Of a stretch of 64,000 nt of DNA, positions 37,533 to 44,609 are shown piece after piece (the first letter of the stretch is position 1; the number at the start of each line of letters is the position of its first letter). The notes below the pieces were generated by a model. The model was not told the DNA's origin. It saw only the letters and a program-made list of their open reading frames with translations, and ran no database searches. Made by a program: the position numbers and the translations under genes. This DNA comes from an uncultured Planctomycetales bacterium (GTDB lineage Bacteria; Planctomycetota; UBA1135). Location: contig CAYFOM010000011.1 in NCBI GenBank assembly GCA_964344765.1, positions 42,951-106,950 on the forward strand, in the 5' to 3' direction.

Positions 37533-37786
37533 AGCTCTTCTTCCTCAGAATCAGCTGTTGCTGCGGCTTCCGCGTCTTCCTTTTCCTTCTCAGCAGCGGC
37601 CATTGCCTTCATCTGCTTCTTGGTCAAGGTTTTGAACTGGGTGCGAACTTTGCGCAGGCCGTAGACGGAATCCCCTTCCTGAAAGTCACCGCTTTCGGCG
37701 AGCTTTTCCAGGCGCTCACGGCGGGTGAAGACGGAGCGACTCGAGTTGAGGTTGCTACCGAGGTTCAGCGACTTGTGGATGGACAT
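37529..37786 (-). CDS. Small basic protein with an acidic tail (resembles the TIGR04137-type 'small basic protein' family)
   Basis: MSIHKSLNLGSNLNSSRSVFTRRERLEKLAESGDFQEGDSVYGLRKVRT.... The start was chosen at M13 of the ORF-track entry (ATG at 37786), 4 nt after the upstream gene's stop. The family is recalled from memory. Confidence 0.55.
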   Translation of the reverse strand: MSIHKSLNLGSNLNSSRSVFTRRERLEKLAESGDFQEGDSVYGLRKVRTQFKTLTKKQMKAMAAAEKEKEDAEAAATADSEEEEL

Positions 37787-37790
37787 GGGT

Positions 37791-38423
37791 TCAGTTTGAA
37801 GCGATGGGCCGCCGCCGCTCAATGTATGCAGAGGCGAAGGGCCGAGGATTTTGCGGGAGGGAGTCTACCGATGCTTCCTGCACTTGGCGCAGCAGATCAT
37901 TCAAATCGCCGCTTTCTTCGGACCTACCAATCCACAATTCGTAGATTTCCGGGTCCTCCGGCGGAAATTTGGTCAGCACCACCGATTTCTGCAGGGCGGG
38001 AAACAGATCACGCAGGGCACGACCGCTCTGCACCGCAAGAGCTCGGTTGGCGGGACTGAATGCGTATTTGGCGACCAGCACCGCATAAGGCTCCGTCGAT
38101 TCAACAGCGCTTGAATTGCCGTCGTTTTCGGTGGAGGCTTCGGCGGGACCGAGCGGCCAATACTTCAGACCTAAAAGCACGACCACGGCGAGGGCGACGC
38201 CCAGGCCGATAAGCGGAGACCAACTACGCCCTTGTTTCGGCGCGGAGCCCCCCATCGAAGACAGTCTTTGACTCGACCGGTCCGATGTTGGCGTGCTTGC
38301 TTGAGAAGCTTCGGATTGCGAGGGAGCGGACGGAACACGTCGCTGGGACTGTTTTCTGGATGGACCTTCCCCATTGGGCTTGTCCCTAAGAATGTCCAGA
38401 AGTTCCCTTTTTCGGCGTGCCAT
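37791..38423 (-). CDS. Bitopic membrane protein with a possible C-terminal SPOR-like domain; start uncertain (38423, 38447 or 38480)
   Basis: Basic cytoplasmic N-terminus (MARRKRELLDILRDK), TM helix SPLIGLGVALAVVVLLGL, then YAVLVAKYAFSPANRALAV...YELWIGRSEESGDLNDLLRQV, which resembles the SPOR beta-alpha-beta-beta pattern. TATGAT lies 25 nt upstream of the ATG at 38423. Confidence 0.4.
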   Translation of the reverse strand: MARRKRELLDILRDKPNGEGPSRKQSQRRVPSAPSQSEASQASTPTSDRSSQRLSSMGGSAPKQGRSWSPLIGLGVALAVVVLLGLKYWPLGPAEASTENDGNSSAVESTEPYAVLVAKYAFSPANRALAVQSGRALRDLFPALQKSVVLTKFPPEDPEIYELWIGRSEESGDLNDLLRQVQEASVDSLPQNPRPFASAYIERRRPIASN

Positions 38424-38518
38424 ACCCGTCTTGAGCCTGGAGATCATAAGGTTCTGAGGCAGAAAACGCAATCTTTCCATGTCAGCGCCAAACCCTTGAG
38501 CCCAACCCTGGACGACGA

Positions 38519-38524
38519 AACAAT
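38519..38524 (+). promoter_or_regulatory. Candidate -10-like AACAAT 6 nt upstream of the udg ATG
   Basis: AACAAT GAGGGC ATG. Same N6 geometry as the TAGAAT cases, but a weaker hexamer. Confidence 0.25.
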
Positions 38525-38530
38525 GAGGGC

Positions 38531-39241
38531 ATGGCCCAGGACCCCGGCAACCCGTCGCTGCTCGCTTCCGCGCGCGAGTATCTGCTGGAAGAATTGGCGC
38601 AATTAGGTGTCGAGCACCTGGCCCCGGTCCCGCAGCTCGCTTCGGCGTCGCCGACCCCCACGCCATGCGAGCCGCTTGAGCAAATCGCCGCCGAAATCTC
38701 TCAGTGCCGGCAGTGCGAACTTTGCAACACTCGCACCAACACGGTGCCCGGCGACGGTTCCCAGGAAGCACGAGTCGTCTTTGTCGGCGAAGCCCCGGGC
38801 GCGGAAGAAGATCTCCAGGGCCTGCCGTTTGTCGGCCCTGCCGGTCAGCTTTTGACCAAAATCATTGAAGCCGGCATGGGGCTGAAACGGGAGCAGGTTT
38901 ACATCTGCAACATTTTGAAATGTCGGCCGCCGGGCAACCGCGATCCATTGCCCGCAGAAAAATCCGCCTGCACGCCATTCCTGCAACGGCAACTGAAATC
39001 CCTGCAACCGCAGCTAATTATCTGCCTAGGTCGACATGCGGCCAACTACTTACTTGGCAGCGACGAATCCATGTCCAGAATGCGCGGCAAGTTGCACGAA
39101 TCGGCAATGGGCATTCCCATCCTCGCGACTTATCATCCGGCATATCTTCTGCGCACTCCTGCTGCTAAAGTAGATTGCTGGCAAGACATTCAAATCGCCA
39201 TGAAGCATTTAGGTCTCACGCGTCCGGGAGCAGCCCATTGA
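38531..39241 (+). CDS. Uracil-DNA glycosylase, family 4
   Basis: CRQCELC Fe-S motif, [23 protein letters not shown] motif A, and HPAYLLR at the C-terminus. Confidence 0.85.
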   Translation: MAQDPGNPSLLASAREYLLEELAQLGVEHLAPVPQLASASPTPTPCEPLEQIAAEISQCRQCELCNTRTNTVPGDGSQEARVVFVGEAPGAEEDLQGLPFVGPAGQLLTKIIEAGMGLKREQVYICNILKCRPPGNRDPLPAEKSACTPFLQRQLKSLQPQLIICLGRHAANYLLGSDESMSRMRGKLHESAMGIPILATYHPAYLLRTPAAKVDCWQDIQIAMKHLGLTRPGAAH

Positions 39242-40203
39242 ACCGAGCCTTAGGTCTGCACTTTCTTGGCGACCAATACGCCTATGCCCTGATTGAAAAA
39301 TCCGCCGACGCTCCGGTACAAGTGCTCGCTGCCGGCAATGTTGAGCAAGAAAAATTAGCCGGCCTATATGACCGCCTTGGCGGCGAACTCAACCTGCCTT
39401 GGTGCTTAGCCGCCGAAGACGACGGCTCCATGTTGTCGCACCTGCCACCTGATTGGCCCCTGCGCCCAATCGAACCCGAGGTCCTGGTGCACCCGGCGAC
39501 GTCGGCCGCTTTGTGGGATTGGGAGCACGGCCGCATTGATGAAAACGACCTCTATCTATGGTTGCGCTCCGGATTCCTGTTATGGGCGCGCGGCATTCCC
39601 GGCCAAGGTCGCTCCGGCTGCTCGGCAAGGCGCGGACCGCTCATTAGTAATTTACGGCCGATTCTCAATCGCTTTCAACGCAATCGCTGCCCCTCCGTGG
39701 TCAGCATGGAGGGCGATGCTCCGGGCGGTGATTACCTCCTGCAAGCCCTCGCAGATGCCGGCCACAGCGTTCGCGAAATCAATCGACCACCGCATGAAAT
39801 GGGCGCCGACCCTGCAGCTGCCGGCGCCGCGTTGGCTGCCATTTCACCCGACTTCCAAGCGGTCTACGTTCCCGAAAAACGGCAGCGTTCGCCCCATTGG
39901 CGTACTGCAATGGGACTCGGCGCGCTGGTGGCAACGCTGACGGCATTGGCATTCACCTTGGGGCAAGAAAGCAATTTGCGCAGCTGGAAGCGCAGCCTGG
40001 AACCGACCGTTCAAAGCGGAGACTCCTCGGCGCCTACTGCCGCAGCGCCTCCTATTGAGTTGGTTCGACTTATTGAACGTCGCACCCAATTCGTGCAAGC
40101 GCTACGCAACCTTTCGGATTCGCCGCCGAACACTTTGGCCGAAGTGGAAATCGTCGCCGCACCGGATGGCTCAACCGTGCGGGATCGAGTGAGGACCAAA
40201 TGA
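39238..40203 (+). CDS. Bitopic GspL / fused PilM-PilN-like inner-membrane protein (cytoplasmic domain + TM + short periplasmic helical domain)
   Basis: About 220-aa cytoplasmic part beginning LGLHFLGDQYAYALIE (like the PilM/GspL first strand). TM helix WRTAMGLGALVATLTALAFTLG. Periplasmic PIELVRLIERRTQFVQALRNL. A TTG start at 39238 overlaps the udg TGA (TTGA). The call is by architecture and context, not by detected homology. Confidence 0.4.
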   Translation: MNRALGLHFLGDQYAYALIEKSADAPVQVLAAGNVEQEKLAGLYDRLGGELNLPWCLAAEDDGSMLSHLPPDWPLRPIEPEVLVHPATSAALWDWEHGRIDENDLYLWLRSGFLLWARGIPGQGRSGCSARRGPLISNLRPILNRFQRNRCPSVVSMEGDAPGGDYLLQALADAGHSVREINRPPHEMGADPAAAGAALAAISPDFQAVYVPEKRQRSPHWRTAMGLGALVATLTALAFTLGQESNLRSWKRSLEPTVQSGDSSAPTAAAPPIELVRLIERRTQFVQALRNLSDSPPNTLAEVEIVAAPDGSTVRDRVRTK

Positions 40204-40790
40204 TGGAACGTTTGTTCACTCACCGCGGCTACTTATTCACCTGCCTCATCCTGGCGCTCCTGATGGCGTGGCTTTGGCAATCGCGGAGTCAGCGTTTTCT
40301 TGCCATGCAGCCCTCGCTGATGGATTTGGAGGAAAGCGAAGTTCCGGCGAGCTTCGCATGGTTGCAACAAGGCTTGGGCAAGTTGGCCACGCCAGCGCCT
40401 GCTATACGCCAAGAAGCGTTTGAGGGCGCAGAAACCATCGGCTGGTCGCACTTAGATTCGACCTCACCCTTAGCGGTAGCCGCGCAAACGGAATTGGCTC
40501 GCTGGGCAAGTCCCGGACGATTGCCGCTGCAAACGCAAACCGTCAGCGTCTCCGAAGTCGAGGGCTTCCCGGCGATGGAGCTCGGAATCGAAGCCAGTGG
40601 CCCGGAGCTGGAAGTCCTCGCTTGGCTGGATCATTTGCTCCACGCCCCAACGGGCGTTGGCTACTTGACCGACCCGGCCGTGGTTCACCTGAGCACGCAA
40701 GACGAAGAATTGCACTTGCGCCTAGCGGTTCGCGTCTGGCCGGCAGTGGCCTTCCTGCGCCAAGGGCTCAATATGGAGGTGCAGGGATGA
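40200..40790 (+). CDS. PilO/GspM-like bitopic membrane protein
   Basis: N-terminal TM helix (YLFTCLILALLMAWLW), a helical segment, then a ~100-aa periplasmic domain. ATGA overlap with the preceding gene. Call by architecture and context. Confidence 0.4.
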   Translation: MMERLFTHRGYLFTCLILALLMAWLWQSRSQRFLAMQPSLMDLEESEVPASFAWLQQGLGKLATPAPAIRQEAFEGAETIGWSHLDSTSPLAVAAQTELARWASPGRLPLQTQTVSVSEVEGFPAMELGIEASGPELEVLAWLDHLLHAPTGVGYLTDPAVVHLSTQDEELHLRLAVRVWPAVAFLRQGLNMEVQG

Positions 40791-41764
40791 AAGACGCCCT
40801 CCTATTCCTGACCTTGCTCGTCACAGCCGCATGCTTGGGCTTGCTCGCCTTCTTGCCGCACCCTGCTGTGGCCGCGCGCAGCCAAAGTCCGCTGCTACTG
40901 GCCGGTGCCGACGGAATCGAGATCGCCGCCGACGTGCCCGCCGAAACTCGCAGCGCTGCATTGACTTCGGCACTCGCAGCCGCGCACCCCGTCGACGGCA
41001 TAGGGCTGAGTAGTGTTTTTGGCTCGGGCAGCAACGGCGACGAGGAAAGCACGCCTGCACTTGGCGAATTTCCGGCGCTGTACCGGCCACGTGTATTGCG
41101 CGCCAACATCCAAGAGGGCGGCGTACGCCTGAGCTGGCTGCCCCACCCGCGCAATCCGATTGACGACTTGGAATACCGCATCGAGCGCTGGAATAGCGCC
41201 GGCTCGCTCGATGCTTCAGTGGTGCTCACCAACACCGAGTACCTGGACCGCCTGGACTGCGAGGGAATTACCTTCCACTACAGGGTTTACGCCGAATTGG
41301 AACGGGCCGCACCGGGCTTGTCCAACGCCGCGGCCCTACGGCGCAGCTCACCGGCCGCTACTACTAAGGTCGCGCTGGCCAAAAAATCGCAGTGGGTTGC
41401 CGACAAATTGATCGACAATGCGACGCTGGTTTTACGTCTGCAGCGCCCCGACCGCCCCGAATTAGGCCCGTTCGAGGCCTCTCCGGGAGAAAAAATTGCA
41501 GATTCCGGCTGGATCCTGGAATCCTTCACGAAGGGCGAAACCGAAGTGCCTACCATGACTAGAATCCCGCGCTTCGATGAGCTGGGACGGCGTGTCATTG
41601 TCGATGACCGTCCTGCCTATCGTGGCCGCGAGGGCACCGAAACACGGCAATTCGTGACCGTTCACCTTCTGGACCCTTGCGGTTCGCCTTGGCGACAAAA
41701 TCTTCTGCTTCCCCCCCCTGTGCGCCGCCACAATGGTGCGCTTCCCCCCGCAGACTCTCACTGA
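40787..41764 (+). CDS. Membrane-anchored periplasmic protein with a fibronectin type III-like domain (PilP position)
   Basis: The start was chosen at MKDALLFLTLLVTAACLGLLAFL (ATGA overlap with the upstream stop). The ORF-track start at 40622 overlaps the previous gene. The FN3-like segment is PRVLRANIQEGGVRLSWLPHPRNPIDDLEYRIERWNS...FHYRVYAEL. Confidence 0.5.
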   Translation: MKDALLFLTLLVTAACLGLLAFLPHPAVAARSQSPLLLAGADGIEIAADVPAETRSAALTSALAAAHPVDGIGLSSVFGSGSNGDEESTPALGEFPALYRPRVLRANIQEGGVRLSWLPHPRNPIDDLEYRIERWNSAGSLDASVVLTNTEYLDRLDCEGITFHYRVYAELERAAPGLSNAAALRRSSPAATTKVALAKKSQWVADKLIDNATLVLRLQRPDRPELGPFEASPGEKIADSGWILESFTKGETEVPTMTRIPRFDELGRRVIVDDRPAYRGREGTETRQFVTVHLLDPCGSPWRQNLLLPPPVRRHNGALPPADSH

Positions 41765-41919
41765 TCACCCCCGTCAGAACCGCGTTCGTCGATCTTACGG
41801 CTTTACTCGCACAAGGCTCTACGGCACAATCCCTAGCCGCAGCTTCCTGAACCCCCAAACCCTGCTGCGCCGGGCCGCCCTCGAATCGCTGCCTAAACGC
41901 ACCTTAGACCCCTCTCTAC

Positions 41920-44517
41920 ATGCGCATTCCCAAGAAGTCCCTGCTTCTTCTGCCCGCTCTGCTCGCCGCCTCCTGCGCGGACCTGGCTGAGAACGAGGTA
42001 GCGAACTCTTCCCCCATGGTCTCCACGGGCGACGCCGTCGACCTGGATTCCAGCGTCACCTATCAAGAGCCTGGCCAGGAGCCGGGTTCGATTGATCCGC
42101 GTGGTGCTTATGGGGACATTGAAGCTCGCAAGCAGAAGCGCCGCCTCCTAGCGAAGAATTACATCTCGCTGGCTGACGGCTTCTTTAACCGTGGCGATTA
42201 CGAAGGTGCTGCCCAGCACTACGCCGACGCCTTCCAGTTGGACCCCGAAAGCCGCGAAGCCCGCGATGGCCTGCGTCGTTCGCAAGCCGCCATGGGTGGT
42301 AACGCCTGGTCGTGGCAAGACGCCGAAGGAATGGTGGATCAGCAAGCCCTGCGCTGGGCTGCTACTCGTCTGAAGGTAGAGGGCCTGATGAACGATGGCG
42401 ACCGCGCCATGGCTCGTGGTGACTTTGCCGACGCCGAGTCTGCTTACACCACCGCGATGCAAACTCTGCGCATCTCGCCGAACGTCGCCAACGACAGCTT
42501 GAACACTTCACTGGTTCAGGCGCGGATGGACGCCGCCAAGGATGCTCGCTACACCCAAATGGAAGCTAAGCGCGCTGCCGAAACCGCAGCCGCCGAAGCC
42601 GACGCCGCTGCTCAGGAAGCCGCCAACCGCGAGTACTTCGAAAACCGCATCCGTACGCTGTTCGGCGAAGCCAACGCTTCGTTCCAGAACGGCTTCTACG
42701 ACAAGGCTGTGGCCACTTTGGACAAGGTGCTGAAGCTGGACCCGAGCAACGCCGATGCGCAAATGCTGCGTGACGTCGCCAACGAAGCTTGGCACGTGGA
42801 GCGCCAGCAGAAAACGGCAACTGCATTCCGCGAAGAGTGGAAGGAAGCCTTCCAGGAAATGCAGCACTTGGCCGTTCCGCCGAAGAGCACCATTGAGTTC
42901 GACGAGGACTACTGGACCAGCGTTGTTGACATTCGCAAGCCGATTGACGAAATCACCGACGAGACCGAAGCCGATCCCGAGCGCGACGCTATCCAGCGCA
43001 TGCTCGACACCACCCAGATTGAAGCTCGCTTCGATCAGCCGGTGGAAGAGGTGGTCGACAACTTGGCTGCTTACACCAACGTAAACTTCGTCGTCTCCCG
43101 CGCGGTGCGCGAAGACATGGACGAAGACGCCAAGCAGGTCAACTTCGCGTTCAACAAGCCGATGCCGGTTTCGCGCATCATGCGCTTGATTGAAGCGCAA
43201 AGTGACAACCAGTTGAAGTTCGTCATCATGAACGGTGCGGTCAACGTGCTGTCCGCTGAAGAGTCGAACTCGGGTCACGTGCTGCGTCAGTACGAAGTGC
43301 GCTCGATCATTCGTCCGTTGCCGGACTTCGATCTGCCGGAAATCACCATCGCCGGTTCGGGCGGTGTGGGATTCGAGCCGGAGCCGATCAACGAAGATCG
43401 TGAAGCCAACCTGCTGACCGAAGACACTCTGCTGACCATCCTCGGCGTCGATGACTGGGAAGAGCCGGCTTACGCTCAGATCCAGGAAGGCACGCTGATT
43501 GTTTACCACCAGCCGGAAAACCAGCAGAACATCCGCGACATCCTTGCTGACCTGCGCAAGTCCACCAACACCTCGGTAGAGATTTCGGTGCGTTTCATGA
43601 AGGTGGAAGACAGCTTCTTGCAGGACATCGGCATTGACTTCCGCGGCTTGGGCAACAACTCGACCCAGGGCATTGATGGTGCCGGCACCAACGTCGCCTT
43701 CGATGACTTCGGTGATGACCCGTCCTCCACCAACATCGGTTCCGACGGTTCCGCTGGTCTGTACTTCTCCGAGGCCGACGACAACATGAACTTGTTGGGT
43801 CGCACCGAGAACTTGTACGACATGGGCTTGGGTCGCACCTCCGACTCCACCGATGACGGTGTCGACGCCTCCGGTGGATTGTCCGCTCAGTGGACTCTGC
43901 TGGACGATGCCGAAGTGCAGATGATTCTGCGCGCCGTCGAGAAGTCGAAGCGTTCGGAAGTGGTCACCGAGCCGAGCTTGATGGTTTACAACGCCACCCG
44001 CGCAACGCTGACCGTTACCAACCAGGTGTCCTACGTCTCGGACTTCGATGTCGAGATTGCGCAGGCTGCCTCGATTGCGGCACCGATCGTTCGCGTGGTC
44101 ATGGACGGCGTCTTCCTCGACGTCACCCCGGTGGTCAGCTCCGACCGTCGTTCGGTTTCCATCGACCTGCGCCCGACGGTTGCAACTCTGCGTCGCCCGA
44201 TCCGGACCTTCCAGACTTCGCTGGGTTCCGGTTCTCCGGTCACCATCATGTTGCCGGAAATCGAGCTGCAGAAGATTCGCACCCGCACCACCGTGCCGGA
44301 CGGCGGCACTGTGTTGGTCGGTGGCTTCAAGATCATTGAGCAGAATGACATGGACTCGGGTGTGCCGTTCCTGAACCGCATTCCGATCCTCAGCTTCTTC
44401 TTCCAGCGTCAAGGAACTTACGAGTCCTACCGTCGCTTGCTGATTCTGCTGACGGCGCGCATCATGATTCCTGATGAGCACGCGCCGGGTCAAGACGCTG
44501 TCGCCAGCGCCAACTAA
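41920..44517 (+). CDS. Secretin-family outer-membrane channel with an N-terminal lipobox and TPR region (secretin 1)
   Basis: LLPALLAASC lipobox-like signal. At least three TPR-like repeats (NRGDYEGAAQHYADAFQLDPES...; QNGFYDKAVATLDKVLKLDPSN). N-domain. C-terminal secretin core VPDGGTVLVGGF...DSGVPFLNRIPILSFFF. Confidence 0.85.
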   Translation: MRIPKKSLLLLPALLAASCADLAENEVANSSPMVSTGDAVDLDSSVTYQEPGQEPGSIDPRGAYGDIEARKQKRRLLAKNYISLADGFFNRGDYEGAAQHYADAFQLDPESREARDGLRRSQAAMGGNAWSWQDAEGMVDQQALRWAATRLKVEGLMNDGDRAMARGDFADAESAYTTAMQTLRISPNVANDSLNTSLVQARMDAAKDARYTQMEAKRAAETAAAEADAAAQEAANREYFENRIRTLFGEANASFQNGFYDKAVATLDKVLKLDPSNADAQMLRDVANEAWHVERQQKTATAFREEWKEAFQEMQHLAVPPKSTIEFDEDYWTSVVDIRKPIDEITDETEADPERDAIQRMLDTTQIEARFDQPVEEVVDNLAAYTNVNFVVSRAVREDMDEDAKQVNFAFNKPMPVSRIMRLIEAQSDNQLKFVIMNGAVNVLSAEESNSGHVLRQYEVRSIIRPLPDFDLPEITIAGSGGVGFEPEPINEDREANLLTEDTLLTILGVDDWEEPAYAQIQEGTLIVYHQPENQQNIRDILADLRKSTNTSVEISVRFMKVEDSFLQDIGIDFRGLGNNSTQGIDGAGTNVAFDDFGDDPSSTNIGSDGSAGLYFSEADDNMNLLGRTENLYDMGLGRTSDSTDDGVDASGGLSAQWTLLDDAEVQMILRAVEKSKRSEVVTEPSLMVYNATRATLTVTNQVSYVSDFDVEIAQAASIAAPIVRVVMDGVFLDVTPVVSSDRRSVSIDLRPTVATLRRPIRTFQTSLGSGSPVTIMLPEIELQKIRTRTTVPDGGTVLVGGFKIIEQNDMDSGVPFLNRIPILSFFFQRQGTYESYRRLLILLTARIMIPDEHAPGQDAVASAN

Positions 44518-44527
44518 ACCAGCACGA

Positions 44528-44567
44528 GGCCGGGAGCAGGAGCGCACGATGTGCGTCGCTCCCGGCC
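44528..44567 (+). other. GC-rich hairpin just after secretin 1 (no U-tract)
   Basis: GGCCGGGAGC (44528-37) pairs with GCTCCCGGCC (44558-67). There is an inner GCAC-GAT-GTGC stem. It is followed by the CCTTCCCCCCCC motif. Confidence 0.35.
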
Positions 44568-44609
44568 TTCGCCGTTACCTTCCCCCCCCTCCGCACTAAA
44601 TCCTGACCC

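Noticed and set aside
38424-38771. Long N-terminal extension of the SPOR-like protein ORF (ORF-track start at 38771)
   Set aside because: The extension overlaps the divergent udg gene by 240 nt and is Arg/Cys/Pro-rich. Internal starts at 38480, 38447 or 38423 leave a normal divergent promoter region. 38423 has a TATGAT box 25 nt upstream.
40622-40786. Upstream extension of the FN3 protein ORF (ORF-track start at 40622)
   Set aside because: It overlaps the PilO-like gene in another frame and encodes an Arg/Pro/Gly-rich peptide. The ATG at 40787 forms an ATGA overlap with the upstream stop and is followed directly by a TM helix.
42508-44547. 679-aa ORF on the minus strand
   Set aside because: It is entirely antisense to secretin 1, which has clear family motifs. 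Its composition is Arg/Gly/Val/His-rich as expected for the reverse frame of a GC-rich gene, and it has no recognisable domain. The same reasoning applies to 45483-46865, 51462-52409, 15939-17537, 6063-6980, 6993-7952, 14290-15489 and 63195-63908.
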